This document shows, piece by piece, positions 25,301 to 40,202 of a stretch of DNA of 64,000 bases. The notes beneath the pieces were generated by a model. The model ran no database searches, had not been told where the DNA came from, and saw nothing but the letters and a program-made list of their open reading frames with translations. The stretch's first letter is position 1, and each line of letters starts with the position of its first letter. Where the stretch lies: NCBI GenBank assembly GCA_013239625.1, contig MU053881.1, forward strand, positions 11,460,873 through 11,524,872. The letters run 5' to 3'. This DNA is from Lama guanicoe (taxonomy: Eukaryota). Made by a program: the position numbers and the translations under genes.

Positions 25301-26384
25301 TTTCAGGATGTCTGATAAAGCTTTACTTTGGGGACAGGATATATAAACTATCTCTAACCATCCATTAATCTAATACCTCTTTAAGGGGGGAATCTGTCAA
25401 ATTAAGTCTATGGCCAAATGTTGATTCAAACAGCCAAAGGAAGGAGAAATTTGAAACATCTTTGATATTTAGAATTATGTCATTTTAGAACTATCATGTT
25501 CTTCAGCATGAAATGCAGTAAAATTCTTCACTTTTTCCAAATGAGGAGAAAAATCTAGAAAGGTCAAACTGTTTCCATGAAGTTCAGAATTAGAACCCAG
25601 TTCTTTTCAACCTCAATATAGAGATCATTTCAATGCACCCAACACTTCATTCAGTTTCTGTAATTTACACACAGGAACATTTCAAACCTAGCTGCACGCA
25701 AAACCATGGGGCCAAAATCAAGGTAAGGGATCAAAAGATACTGATGCACAAGCCTCACTGCCGACTAATTAAGCAAGAATAAAGTGTGTGTGTGTGCACG
25801 CATGTGTATGTGTGTTGTTTCTATGTATTTAATTCTCTAGATGATTCTAAAATGTAGGAGGATGGAGATCCAGTGGCTCATACTTTGGTCAGGTTTATCA
25901 GAAAATAAGCAAATCGATGTTTGTGTCCTGTCCTACTCTCTTCTAAATTTTGGCCAGTTCCTTACCTTAGAGGTTCCCCAACCAAAACCTTTTTTTTTCC
26001 TTGAGAAATGCTTCCAAATACCTTTTAATCTCCTCTCATATGATAAAATGCTACATATAGGAACTATTTTGATAAAGCAATTTATAAAATGTTGTTAGTA
26101 TCTACTAAAGTTTTAATGTCTTGTTTTGCCCATGAGTACTTGCATTTTAGGTAAAAAAATAATAGAAACAGAGCTTCAATTTAACAGGAGGAGTTTAGAT
26201 GGATCAAATGTTGTAAAGGATATTTTGGATGAAAGACCTTTCTCAAACCTCTAAAATTATACCATATTTATGAATGTCTCCTCTACCTTCCTGTTGGTTC
26301 CATCATATTTTGTAGTGCTGTTTATCTTGCTTGTATTATGTGAATAACCTTCCACTTCACATAAGTTTAGGAGAGTGATAAGGT

Positions 26385-26590
26385 ACCAATGATTAAATGC
26401 GTAGGTGCTAAGCACCACATTTCATCATCACAATTAGGAACCCCCTTTCCCCAGGAAGGGAGATGCCATTACTTTCATGTAAGATGTGGACAAATGGATC
26501 AAAGAGGGTAAACTGGCTAAGGTTATTCATCTACTTTGCAGGAGAACCAGGGCTCAAAATAATTTTTATGTGACTTCAGGGCAAATCTAC
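26385..26590 (-). mobile_element. Diverged MIR
   Basis: Reads 'gccattactttcatgtaagatgtggacaaatggatcaaagagggtaaactggctaaggtta'. Confidence 0.5.
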
Positions 26591-27649
26591 TTTAAAACAT
26601 ACTTTACAAAGTTGGAATGATCCAGATAAAGTAAACCAAAACAAAACTACCTGTAATGGAGCCAGAAAATGAATCAGCTTGGCATTCCCACTATTGATGT
26701 AATTTGATACATGCCTTCAGAAGGTTTCTGCTGAAGTTTAAATACTTAGCTGGCAGTAGCCACATAGCAGGCAGTTGGTACCTCGGTTGAATAGTGCTAT
26801 GGCATCTCTAATACCTTACAAAAATGAAGCATCTACATATTATTTTTGGAAAAGCAGCTTGCTTTTCAGCTTTAACTCTGTTGACATTAAGTCCCCTGTT
26901 TATCGTAGTGGAAATTTCCAAGAGAGTGAAAAATAGCACTTCAGTAGTACAGTCAGAAACATACTTCAGAAAGGTCGGTGGCCCTTCCTGCACCAACTCT
27001 AGCACTGTACTGGTGACCTCCGGACCCCATGGCCACCAGGGGACTGGGCGGCCATGGAGAGGACTGGGATGTCTGTCCCTGGTCACAAACTCTTAGAGCC
27101 TGTGGCTTGTAGGTCTAATATGCCCAGGTCTTTGGTCACCATTCTCAGCCATCCATGTATAGAGATGACCTCTTGAAAGTGAAGAAATTCTCAGAGGACT
27201 AAGGAAAGGAGAATTAAACACTTCTTGTGTAAGGACAAAGGTGGGAGACTGATTGGGGTAAATACAGGGCATTCTCCATGTCTGCAGCCAGACAAGGCTC
27301 CAGGGCTCGCTCTAAAGCCACTACAGCATCCCCCCAACCATCTAGCCGCCAGCGGGGGAGCAGGGAGAACAGGCCTCAGCCGCAGGGATGCAAAAGCAGG
27401 GTGGAACTGCTAGTTCTTCCCAGCACTCTCCACACACAGGGGAATACTGGCTCTTCCTCCACCTGGGCTTCTGAATGTTCACCAACTCCTTTGCCTGCCC
27501 CTTTGCAGTTTAACATTTTTCTTTTGTTGCCCTAAATTAATACTGCTTAGATTTTTGTCTTGTTTATAAATAAAGTTCAAAGGGTGGGGGTGAGGGAGAG
27601 CATTTTACTCTTCAAAATTATATTTGTTCTGTTGGATTTATAGGCTGAT

Positions 27650-28075
27650 ATTTACAAAATGCTGATAAAAGAAATCAAAGAAAAACTTTTAAAAAGAAGA
27701 GAAATATATTCAACATTGTTAGCCATTAGGGGGACCTAAATTAAATTATTAATTATGTATCAGAACGCCTAAAATAAAGACTACTGATAACACCAAATGC
27801 TAAGTGAGGATGAAATGAAACTGGACTACTCATACTTTGCTGACGAAAACATAGTAAGACGGTACAACCATTTTGGCAAATTATTAGAATTTCTTTGGAA
27901 CATAACTTGGCAGTTACTTATAAAAGTAAATGTAACTACTGAATGTTCCAGCATTTGCACACTTGGGAATTTATCCCAGAAAAATGAAAACTGTTTTGGT
28001 GCAAAAACCAGTGCATGAATGCTCTTGGCAGCTTTATTTGCAATAGCCAAAAACTAGAAACAACCCACATGTTCT
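27650..28075 (+). mobile_element. L1MC/MD-like fragment
   Basis: Contains 'aaaagaaatcaaagaa', 'actgataacaccaaatgc', 'ggtacaaccattttgg' and 'gcagctttatttgcaatagccaaaaactagaaacaaccca'. Confidence 0.8.
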
Positions 28076-31000
28076 CTGGATACACACTCATCTCAAAATT
28101 TAAAATGTAGCTAACAATTTCACTCTTCTATTCAAAGGCAAGGCCTTTTAGTGTTACGTTTGTTTGAAATATAAACCTAATCAGTGTGTTTAAATTAGAT
28201 GTGAAATTCATTTTTTAGTTCTACAGATGGCTTAAAACTACTATTAAAAGCATTTTTAGCATATAATTTTCAGTAAGTTAAAAACATTTATAATTACTTA
28301 AGAACTCAGAGAAACAGACTTAAACTTCTAGCCAAAGCTAACCTTGTATTAGCGCTAGGATCTTAAGCAAGTGCTTGTGATGTAATAGACTTTCAAGTAT
28401 TTGAGGAGCAGACTGAAATGAAAAGGAAAAAGCAGTTATGGTAGTGAGGGTTACGGTGATAATGTTGGTGGCACTGATGGTGGTGAAGAACAAAGGTGAA
28501 ATTTTGGGATTAGAGACACTGGTTTCATTCTGCAAATGGAAACTTTTCTACGAGTGGCAATGGGGTGGCTAGAGATTATGTCACATCATGTTTTTATTTT
28601 TATTTTATTTACATGTTGTTCTTCACTTTGAAATCTGCTTCATGATCTTTTCTTACATTAGAGATGTTTTGTGGCTATTGGGCTTGGTTTCTGCTGTTGT
28701 TTGTTTTATTCTTATGATACCTTGTAAAACTAATCTCACTTCTGACTGACTTCATTAACTCAGCTTCAGCCTTAACCAGTATTTTCTCTTCTCCTAATTC
28801 TTTTAAATATCATACTGCTATTTTGAAATACTGACAATTTTTATTAATTAAAATTTTGAGGGAGCAATAAAAGGTCATTTAACACTTACATTTAGATGAT
28901 ATGAGTATGTAATAAATTCTCATGGAACTACGGCTATTAACATGAATTGTCAAGCTCTGCCAAGAGGTCCAACATCTTTTAGGGGGAAAAAAAAACAATG
29001 AAAATCATAAACTTGGACACCTGAACATGTTTGTTTTAACATGTTTAAAACTGTAAAACAAACACTGAGTATATCTGGAAATCGTATTTTTCGTTTAAGG
29101 GGGGGTGATGATATAATTTCTCTTGCAAAATCATCACCACACAAATCTTCAGTAGCAAAGCATTTTTTACACTGTATGCTAATTGAGAATTATCAGCCAA
29201 TCGAAAAAGTGACAGAAGTGTTCTGAATTCATACTATTTACAGAAATATTACAGCTAGAGGTAAACCTATTTTTTTACTTATGTCTGATTTTTAACTGCT
29301 ACATCGTCTTAGTGTCTGAGACGTGAATCAACATAGGAAATGTTGTAAATCTGGTTTGCAAATAAGCACCTAATGTGGGAAACTCAGGAAGGTTTGAAAA
29401 ACAGACTGTTTTCTGTCTAAGTGTAAATTTTATGTTGCTATTTACTACAACATGAAATGTCTATGAGGTGCCCTTGGGCAGGAACTCTTTGTTAACAAGC
29501 TATCAAGCTTAACTGGGATAACCTGTAGGAAATCTCTGCTAAACAAACACAAGCCAGTCAATTCTTGGGAGATGCTTGTACATGTCAGTAGGACACCGTC
29601 ATCGTCATCTTTAAAGACTAATCCCTAAGCCACTGCTAGTTGTACTGTGATTGTTGTGAGTCAGTTCACATTTCATAAAACATTCACTCATCTTCCTACT
29701 CTAAATCCCATTTTCTTACACCTGTTAGGGTATTTTTTTCTTTTATGCAAAAACTAGTCTCCCTTGAATTTAATTTAAAATCTGTGTGCTCTCCAAGTTC
29801 ACTAGTTTGAAATGGTAGAAAAACATGCAGTAATTTTCAGCTAACTTGCAATAAACTCTGAATGATAGAAGCCTGCTGAGTACAAGGCTATAAGAAACAT
29901 GAGAAGAATACTGATCATCAATTTGCTTATCTGTTACCTTTCGCAAGCACTGCTTGGGAGACCAAACCCTTGGCAAGAAACTGGAGTGGAAGTAGGAACC
30001 CACCACTTTTGGGTGAGGGTCGGGTAAACTGCTGAACTCTATTCGTTTTTATGAACATCATTAAAATGTCCATAATGCTTGACAAAACTGCTAATCAATG
30101 TTAGAAATATCAGTGCCTGCTGCTCCTGACCCTGGTACATATTCTATAGAACTGCCCACTTGAGATGTGTCTGGGTTTCTCATTAACCCATGGAAGTGTC
30201 CCAGAGAATGGCTGTCTTTTTGAAGCTCTCCCTTGGGGTCTTACAAAGTGGTTTTCATAGAATCACACTAACCATAATCCAATTCCAAGTGTCCCCAGGT
30301 ACCTTCTGATTTAATGCTACTTTCTCTTGATGCAGTTGCAGACAGGAAAATTCATTTTATCTATATTGAGTATATAGATCTATACACTTCAGAATAGGTA
30401 GTCAAATCAGGAAAATCAAAATCGCCATTAAAATTTTTGATCCTGTTGTTTATTTTCTTGTACAGCAATACATGGCTTTGTCTTTCAAGGAAGCAAAATA
30501 TAAGGATATGTTTGATTTTGTTTTCTTTTCAGAAACTGACATGCGACTATGTCAGATTGCCTTTTATTTTGATAAAAAGTTATCACTCTTTATGTTCAGA
30601 AGAACAGTTTAATGGACATTACCCTAAATAAGTATTTGAACTATCTTCATATTATTTTAAGTAATCACAGACTCTTCATTTTAAAATTGTAGCCTAAGAT
30701 CATAGTCTTGCATATTCTTGGAGTCTAAAGAAATATAGAAGATATGGCCAGTTTATACAAAAAATGTATATAATCCATCTATTTGGAGTCACTGGAATCT
30801 TTTTTGTGTTTCTTATATTAAATAATTATAACTATACTTGAAATTTTTTTAAGTTACAAGATTATCAAGTTTCTAAGTTAAAACCTAGAATTTCTAATAT
30901 TGTCAATGAAACCTTATTACTTATTCAGGTGACCAAGTTTTCTGATAGTGGTCCAAGAGAAAATAATGTTTTAAGACGATCTTTAAAATATGCGTAGGTT

Positions 31001-31829
31001 TTTTTTAGGGTTAAAATGTTAAATGCATTTTTAATATCCATATTAAATCCTTAATTCAGGAAAAATATGAATAATACCAAGCCAAAGCTATATTAATGTT
31101 ATACATTTTAGAAAACTAGCCAAATATTGAATTAATAAATTAACATCACTTGGACCAAATCATATTGAACCTTTAAAATTTGTGGACAATTAAAATATCC
31201 TGTCACTCAAATGAAACCCTCAACTCTATTATTCCAGTAAGATTTTGAGAGCCATCTTTGCCATAGCAATATCTTACCACACATAATCTAATTTTAATTT
31301 TTTCCTAAGAAAACATGTCATTTTTTAAAGAACGCAAGTAACATTACTTTTTCAAAGTCCCAAGTACAGCCATAATGCCCCAAATATAGGGAAGTGGGAG
31401 TGAAACATTCCATGAAAGACAAAAGCTTAATGAAATAAAAGGTTGATGTTTTCCCTAGATAATTTTTTTTAAATTCCCAATTGAACTTACACTGGTTTTT
31501 GCTAAATTGTAGTGAAACTTGACTGGTCCACATATTTACCTGCTCGAAGGGAATCCTCTGTACATAAAGCCTTACCCAGATCATACAATGTTTCTAATAA
31601 TTATAACATTGTCCATGAAATTAGATTAAGAAATGTATTTCTACCCTACAGAAAGCTATAGTACAATTTTGTTCAAAGTTAATGAATATCTCATTTAGAA
31701 ACTTGATCCTTGTCTGACTCTAACCTGGGAGAGCCTATCTTAAAACACAAAAGTATGTTCAACAGTGACCTTTTCAGAAATTTCCTATAAGCTAGCAGAC
31801 CAGATATTTCTGAACAGATGATTTACAGG

Positions 31830-32270
31830 ATAGATATTTATTGAGACCTTTCTGTACAACTGGCGTCAGGTGAGGCACTAAATATGTAGAGGAAAGATCT
31901 GTCCTTCCCTGATGGAGTTTCCACTTTAACGTACAAGTCAACCTTTAAACAAATAACCACACAAATAACATTTACCATGTGTTGTAATTATAATTATGAA
32001 CTAAAGCTGAAGGAAATATGAGAGAGTGTAACAGGAACATTGATGTTGATTTGGAAGTCTGAGGAAGTAAAACTGAGGCACGTACTGATAGGACCAGCAG
32101 GAGGATGGGCAAGAACATTTGAGGAAGAGGGAAGGACTGCATGGGTTTCCCCAGGCAGGAGACAGCTATGCCCACTTGAAAGCCCAAGAAAAGGCTCAAT
32201 GAACAGATGTGAGAGAGGGCTAGGGCTACGTGGAAGTCAGACCAGGCCTGGTGTCACACGGCCTATTTGC
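31830..32270 (-). mobile_element. L2 3' fragment
   Basis: Reads 'atatttattgagacctttctgtac...ctgtccttccctgatggagttt', then purine-rich L2 antisense sequence. Confidence 0.65.
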
Positions 32271-33469
32271 CATTGCAGCGGAGGCGATCAGAGGCTGGGT
32301 TACTATCTCACACTTCTGACCTATCCAATAATATTAGCTGTGGCAAGTTTCACCATCCTTCTTGGGTCCTAGCAAATCTAAGATGCACATGCAAAAGGTA
32401 GCAAAACACAGCTGATAAATACACTTTGGGCTGTTAGGACAGAGTTGGTGAATGTCCACTTCCTATCGTAGGGGTAGAGGGTGGGAAGAGATTCTGCATT
32501 TGAGATGTAGTTTTTAAGTAACAGTATTTTTTCCACGAGAATGACTGTATTTGTGTGGTGACACATTGCTTTATTGCTCCAGGCTAGGTGACTTAGGTGT
32601 ACATCTAGATTAAAAATTAAGCCTACAAACTGGTATTTTAAACTGTAATTCTTAAGGTTAGAAGAAGGCATATTTTCCATTAAGTCTCCCTGTTTCCATG
32701 GGAAAAAGCTGCAATGTTATAAATACTAAGCAACAACCTGGGAGCTCATTCTTCTCAACAGATTGAAGACAGATGCTAACATGTCAGCAAAAGCTGAGTA
32801 CAAATCCAACATTATTCTGTACATCAAATATTTACATAGATGTCATTTAAATGGGATGCTTGTTATAATATTAAGTAAATACCCAAAATCATCTCTCAGT
32901 CTATGGCAGGCATTAGAAAATTCAATTATTTTCTATTAAAACTTTTATCTTGAATGAGATTATAGTCTTTTGATTATCCAACACTCATTGGAGCACTTGT
33001 CCAGAAAGTTTATTCTCTACAAGATATAAATCTGCTACAAGGCATAATGTTCTGAAATTAATGCAGATACAGTCATACCTCAGTAACTTTTAAAAGTATC
33101 TTTTTTATTGGTATCAGTTTAGTAAACTTCTGATATCAGAAACAAAGCAGCTTGCATATTTTGAGACATATATTTAATTAAAATGTTCATTCTTCTCAGC
33201 AAAACATTAGTCTTTATAACTTTATGCCTTGATCTTTGTATTCTGAAGGTATTTGAGAGGGCTTAGATTTTTTTTTCACCTTACAAATTAGCCCTAGGCA
33301 TTTTAAAAACTAACTTTAGCAGAAGAAATTTCACTTCAATAAATTAATTACTGTCATTCTTCCATGTCCAGTCCCTGTTCATGAACTTACGTAATTTTCA
33401 ACACTTAATTATGGCATAGAAACATTTAGTATCTCTTATTTTCTGTGTAGTTTAATGAAATAGCTTTGA

Positions 33470-33670
33470 TTTTGAATTCAAACTGAATTTGGAACCTTGA
33501 CACTCTCCTTAACTATATGTGTGATCATCAATAAGTTATTAAGTCACTCTGAGGCTTAAAATATTTTTATCATTAAGATGGTAATAATAACCTACCTGAA
33601 AGAGTTGTGGGAACTAAACAGCCTAGGGCCAACCTGGCCCATTACAGACACAATAAACTGTGGCTCTTAT
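33470..33670 (+). mobile_element. MIR SINE
   Basis: Reads 'aactatatgtgtgatc...aagttattaagtcactctgaggc...aagatggtaataataacctacctgaaagagttgtg'. Confidence 0.65.
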
Positions 33671-33804
33671 CACGAACAATAATGGGGACATTGGCATCTT
33701 AAACTCCCTGAGTGATTTTATGCACAAACAACTACGGTTGTTTGAGAATCACTTTCTAGAGTGATGATGTGATTTACATGATAGTCAAAAAAGCATTTAA
33801 CAGA

Positions 33805-34600
33805 TACCGAGAATGAAAAGAAACTTGATCTCATGTATATTGTGGTAAGAGTGTAAATAGTATAGCAGTTCAAGAAAATAGTTTATCGTTCCTTAAGAAA
33901 CTAACATGTACTTGCATATATCTTGGAAATACACTAAGTACTTACACTAGAGAAATAAAACTCATGTTCACAAAAAAGGCTATATACAAAGGTTCACAAC
34001 AAATGTCCTTCAACATATAGATGGATAAACAAACTGTGGCACATACATATAGTGAGATACTATTTAGCAGTAAAAGGCAACAAGTTATTGATACTTGAAA
34101 CAACTGTGGATGGATCTCAAGGACATTATGCTGAATGAAAAAAGCCAATCTTAAAGAGTTTACATACTGTAGTTATTTCATTTGTATAATATTCTCAAAG
34201 TGACAAAGTTATAGTGGTCAGTGATTGCCAGGAGTTAGGGCTGGGAGAGAATATAATTATTAAGGGGTAACATTACATACTTTTTGTCATGATGGAGCAG
34301 TTCTGTTTCCAGATTGTGGAGATGGTTACTGAACACTACTTCTATGATGAAATTTCACAGAAGTATACACAAACACACACACACAACACACACACACACA
34401 GAGTGCATGTTAAAGCTGGTGAAATCTATATAAGATCTGTATTTCAGTTAGTATCATATCAATGCTAATTTTCTGGTTTTGCCAATGTTCTATGGATATG
34501 CAAGAGATTAATAATCATTAGGGAAAGCTGATGAAGTGTACATGACTGTATAGGGACTCTCATTATTACTTTTGCAAATTATTTTGAGTCTTCAACTATT
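33805..34600 (+). mobile_element. L1MC/MD 3' region, containing a (CA)n tract at about 34366-34400
   Basis: Contains 'atggataaacaaactgtggcacata' and 'ggatggatctcaaggacattatgctgaatgaaaaaagccaatc'. Confidence 0.85.
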
Positions 34601-35264
34601 TTACTTTTTTATCAAACATTTAACTACATGAACACAGTGTCCAGAATTTCAGTTTCATTTACTTCAGTAACATTTCTTGTAGCCCCAGGAACCATTCTGT
34701 GATTTTTTTAATGCTGTAAACATTAATTTGATTTTTTAAAGAATAATGAAAAGTTATAATTGAATTAGAATAATTGGGGGGGTGTTTAGTTACTTTTAAA
34801 TATCCTGCTGTAGTTTGTAGGTTTTTATTCTTGAAATAAAGACAAAACTGTGTATTTATTTGCAACTAAAATTGGCTATAAATATAAGGATAGTAAAATA
34901 CTAAGACAGATTCTTCATTAATCATACTCTGTATTCTAAAAACTACAAGCTAACACTAACAATAAATGATTTATCACTGTAAAATTCATTATTTTATGTT
35001 CCTTTTTTCGTTCCTTGATATAATGAATTTTTCTCTGGATCACTACCATTTTATTTATTGAAAATTACCAGTGGACTTTAAACATGAAGAGATGCTGACT
35101 ATAAAGTATGGACTTAACGTATACAATGAAATATTTTTGAAATACAAGTCAGAACTGATGACTAGCATCTTGATGATGAAAATGATGAGAATGAATTATG
35201 TAATTCTGTATCCACATCTACATATAATCTACGTTTATATCTACATCTCTATCATCTACATCTA

Positions 35265-35711
35265 TGTGCCTTAGTTTGGTTTCCTGAGAAGCAAACCCTA
35301 AGAGGAGTCAAATACAAGTAGTTATTTTGGAATGTCATTGTTGGAAGTAACACTAGAGGAATGGGAAGCAAGACAGGGAAAATAGTTAAGGGTTTATTTA
35401 TTTACTGTTAAGGGTAAATGGAACTGAATCCTGCCAGAGAAATCCGGGATCCAGTACAAAATATGTGCCTCGGTTATCCCACCTGAGGGGCGAGGAGATG
35501 GATATTTATACATCAATTCCCATCAGCCTTTGGCTAAAGCTGCTTCTGGGGAGAAAGTGGTCTAGCTTGTCCCCCAGGTAATAAAGTAGTCAGGTGGCCA
35601 GAAAAAGCCCTCAGACAAAAAATGTAAGTGCTGACAGTTGGTGGTGGGAACACACACAGTGAAATGTTCACGGTGTAGGGATTGGGGTAGGTCCCTGACA
35701 GTATCTGCTAC
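35265..35711 (-). mobile_element. ERVL-type solo LTR (LTR33/LTR16-like)
   Basis: Runs from 'tgtgccttagtttggtttcctgagaagcaaaccctaaga...caagtagttattttgg' to 'gacagtatctgctaca'. Confidence 0.7.
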
Positions 35712-37904
35712 ATACACCCTCTATCATTCTATGTATATTGGGCATTTAACAAGTACTTGTTGAATTAATAAATGTATTAGTTAACCTTGCAGACTCAGTG
35801 ATATGCTTTTTAATCACAGAACTTGCAGTACTTTGGATTTAATATAATTTGATGTACCTATTTTTTAGATGATGTGATTTTTTTTCAAATACCCTGTAGA
35901 TTACATTGTATCTGTTGCTTTAGTCAATCAAATCATTTTTCATTACTTGATACTGTAGGGAATAAAACATTCAGGAGGAAATAGGTAAATCAGTAGGAGT
36001 TGACAGATTTCACATATTCATATCTGTTTAGAGCTCAACTGGTGTAATACTCCATGGTGAAAATTAATGAATTTTCCACCCATCTGTTAGTTTAAGTGGG
36101 TTAAGGACATAATAAGGTTGTAGTTTTCCCAGAGCTAGGGCTAGTACTTTTCACTGAAAGTCAGTCAGCATGAGTCAAATTCATACTTTTAAAAGAATAA
36201 ATTGTCAATGATCTGAAATTTTCTATCAATGACTCTTAATTGAAATACAAAGATTTCATAGTTAATGAACTTATTTGACACACTAAAGATGTTATTTTTT
36301 TTAAAATACTCTCGAACAATCATTGAAACTTAATGTTAGACTACTCCTATTAGTGAGTGAAAACGATCTTATCAAAAGTAGGCCGGAAACTCAGAAACTC
36401 GTATATAAGAAAATGAAGTACAGAAATTGGCATTTTCACATATCTATCAACCTACATAAATACCTATCTACAATAAAAAGAAAGTAAGTCATAATGAATG
36501 TTCTGATAATATGGAAACCTTACATAAGAAAAGTCTGGTATGATTGAATCATGATTCTAAAATGAAGAAAAGAGAAGAGGAAAATTAATGCAAAAATATA
36601 GTGTCTCTCCATCCCCTTCCACTTCCCTTTCTATATAATGATCACCTTAAAGTGTACTTAAGTGGACAGGAGGAAAGTTGGACTTAATTTATACAGAACA
36701 GAACGGTGCCTTTAGAATCAACATTATTTTTCCTAAGAAAATTAGACTTTTGAAATAAAATTTGATAATCTAGCTAAAACTACTGAAAGTAAGGTACAGT
36801 TAAAAAAAACCTTTAAAACTCAAATTAATGTGAAAAGGTGACAAAACAGAGCTGCCTCAATTTTGAGGTGAAAAATAGTTAATTACATCATCTCTTGTCA
36901 TATTTTAAGTGTTCAGTTTTGCAATGCACATGTAAAAGTGAAAGGGGACTTTTGATAAATTACTACAGAAAATGTAATGGATCATATTTTGATTTAACTG
37001 GAATTTATTATACTTCCAGTGATAATCTAATATTCATATTTTAATTTGTAGGTATGATCAGGACATACCTTTTTTAAGCCTTTCATTCTATGAAAGAAAA
37101 AGACAAGACACAGAATTTAAAGACAACTTATTATGCCTGGAATGATTGGCCTGAGAAGATGAATAGAATGTGTCTTTTGATTTTTCACCAGTGTGATTTT
37201 AAACTTCTCATGTAGGTCATTACTTATTCTAGAGTTGGATCAATCAAAGGGAGGTGAATCAGCAAGGCGCAAAAGAGGAAGCCACCTTGAAATGGATTAA
37301 GTCAAATAATTGTGTGAACATATGGCCTGGAAATTAAATTGATTCAACTAAACAAGTTATATTAAATAGATCAGGTAATTTCAGGCAACTGGTCAGGTGA
37401 TCACAATTTAAAGCAATTATGCAATTTGAGACTTGGAGAAAGAGAAAGGGGACTAACTAGCCTATGGTTTATAGAGATAGAGACCACAAAATAAAATTCA
37501 AGTTGTTAGTGATCTTTTAAAAGTTTGCCCTTTACAAATTGGGGCTGGTAAGGACAAGGTGATGTCTAAATGTGTACTGTGCATCAAGCTCAAACACCAA
37601 GATAAGATCAAGAAAAAATATCTTCCTGGCAAAGGAGGTTTTTCATATAAAATTAATCAATTAAAAAAAACCTATTTTCTGCTCTAAATATATATAAATT
37701 CATACAATATTTTGATTCACCACTCTAGAGTAGGAAAACCAGGACATTTTACAATGAAGCTAAAGGAAGTTGGTGCTCAATAAATATCTGTTTTTAAATG
37801 AGTAAATAAATGAATAAATTATTGACAACCTGGGTGTCTCACAAATTCCATTTAGAAAACCTCTTTGGTCTCTTTCATCAAAGACCGAGTCTTTATTTTT
37901 TCCA

Positions 37905-39172
37905 AAGGATCTTTTCAACAAATGGTTCTAAAAAAATTGAATATTCATATGCTAAGTAGTAAACCTTGATCCATATCACATACCAAAAAAAGAAGAAAGC
38001 TCTCAAAATTAATCACAGAACTAAAAGTAAAATTTTAAACTATAAAATGTCTAGGAAAAACCATAGAAGAAATAAAATTAGGTAATGATTTCTTAGCTAT
38101 GACACCAAAAGCATAATCCATAAAAGAAAAAAATTAACATCCAGATTTTATCAAAATTAGAAACTTCTACTCTTGTTAAGATAATGAAAAAATCAGCCTT
38201 GGGATGGGAGAAAATATTTGCAAATATTATATCTGATAAAGGACTTTAATCCTGAGTATATTAAGAACTCTTGAAACTCTAGTGAAAAAACAAATAGCCT
38301 GATTTTTTTTTAACTGAGCAAGAATTTGGACAAATGCTTCAGGAAGAAGGCATTCAAATGGCAAATAAGCACATGAAAATAGGAACATTATTTTTTAGGG
38401 AAACGCAAATTAAAACCACAATGTGATACCATTATACACCTATTAAACTGACTGAGAAAAATGAAACAAAAAGAAAGGTAACTGACAATACCAAATTATA
38501 GCTGGGGTATGAAGCAACTGGGATTCTCCTAATACGTTGGCAGTCATGCAGAAAGTACAGCCATGTTGGAAACAATTTGAAAGCTTCTCATAAAATTAAA
38601 CATACATATAGCCTATGACCCAGCTACCCTACCTCTAACTAAGCATTTACCCAAGACAAAAAAACTTATACTCAATTATCTGCATCTGAAAGATATATAC
38701 AGAATTTATACAGAATTAACTGTTAATTGCCCCAAACTGGAAACAATCCAAATATCCTTGAACTGGTGAATAGTTTAACTTTGGTACATTCATACAGTGA
38801 ATATTACTCAGCAGTTAAAGGAGTGAACCACTGATACACACACAGCCTGATGGTGAAGTACATATCAAATGCATTATGCGAACCGTAAGAAGCTGAGCTG
38901 AAAAGGCAACGTGTTGTGTGACTCCATTTATGTGACCTTCTAGAAAAAGCAAAATAACAGGACAGAAAACAGATCAGTGATTGTTAGAGGTCTGAGCACA
39001 GGGAAGAGGTTGGTTACAAGGGGCACAGGGAAAATTTTGGAGACAATGGAACTATTCTGTATATTAACTTCAATGGTGATTATATAATTTTATGTGTTTG
39101 TCAAACTCAGGACTGTACACTAAAAAGGTCAATTTTACTGTGTGTAAATTATAGCTTAACAATGGGGAAAAA
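37905..39172 (+). mobile_element. L1MB/MC-like ORF2 end and 3'UTR
   Basis: Contains 'cttttcaacaaatggttct', 'aaatatttgcaaata...tatctgataaaggactt', 'gccccaaactggaaacaatccaaatatcc' and the 3' end 'aattttactgtgtgtaaattata'. Confidence 0.9.
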
Positions 39173-39581
39173 TGATCAAGCCATTTGTAACACTTCTTAG
39201 ACATCACATGAAAAATAGTAACACCCTGTCTATTGGATTTAGAAACAAGAGTGCACTTGTTGAGAAAAATTTTCAAGTACCACAGTTAAGCACATAGTCA
39301 GTCTGTGGTTGTTCAGGAAGCCAAACAATTGCATCTGACAAAGAAGGAACAGCCAGTGCAGCTGACAATTCCCTCAGGAAACTTGAATAAAAACAAAAGA
39401 GAGAAGGTGTTATGTAGAGTGCAAATAAAAAATTGGGTAAGAATAATTTGAAATTTGAACATTTGCCTGTACACAGGAAAAAGACAATACAGGAGGAGGC
39501 TGAAGATACCAGAAGAAGAAAGTTAACAGTATGAGGTCGGTGAGGAGACAGGACTGGATGAGCTGAAACACAGAACTGGAC

Positions 39582-40202
39582 TGAGACAAGAAGGGGGCAG
39601 GACACAGCCATTCAAGGAATGCTACAGCAATTGACATCAAAATGGTGAAAGATTCAACTCCCAGTAGGCCTTGAGGCTCAAGATGATGAGAGATTTAACT
39701 TCTAGTAGATCTTGAGCTTCATTATACGCCCATTGTAATACATTAACAAGGTGAAGAACACGCCCACAGGCACCATGGCAGTCCCAAGGCTAGCCACAAA
39801 ATGTCAAAGAGTGGGAAATAGCCAACTTCCTGGGAATCCCAGCCCCTTCCCCTTAGACTGGTCCTTCTACTTATTAGCATATGAAGCCACCAAGCCCATA
39901 AAAACCAGCAACACAGCACCTCTCAGTCACCCCTCTCACTCCCTCTTCAGAGACAGCCCGCACTCTGTCTATGGAGTGTGTACCTGCTTTTAATCTGAGC
40001 ACCCAACCTCCACACCTCATGGCCATTCTCTTGCCTTTCAATGTATCTCTCTGAATAAATCTACCTTCACTCAACCTTGGCTCACTCCTAAATTCTTTCC
40101 TGCGCAAAGCCAAGAACCACACTTGGCAGGGCACATCTCAGGGGCTCAACCGATACCTGGGACACAGCCCTCCTCATGCCCCACATCTGTTTTCCTGAAT
40201 CA
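39582..40202 (+). mobile_element. ERV1-like solo LTR with 4-bp TSD
   Basis: TG...CA termini, GGAC direct repeat at 39578-39581 and 40203-40206, TATA-like 'cataaaaa' near 39897, and AATAAA at 40054 followed by the U5-like 'aattctttcctgcgcaaagccaagaacc'. Confidence 0.85.
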
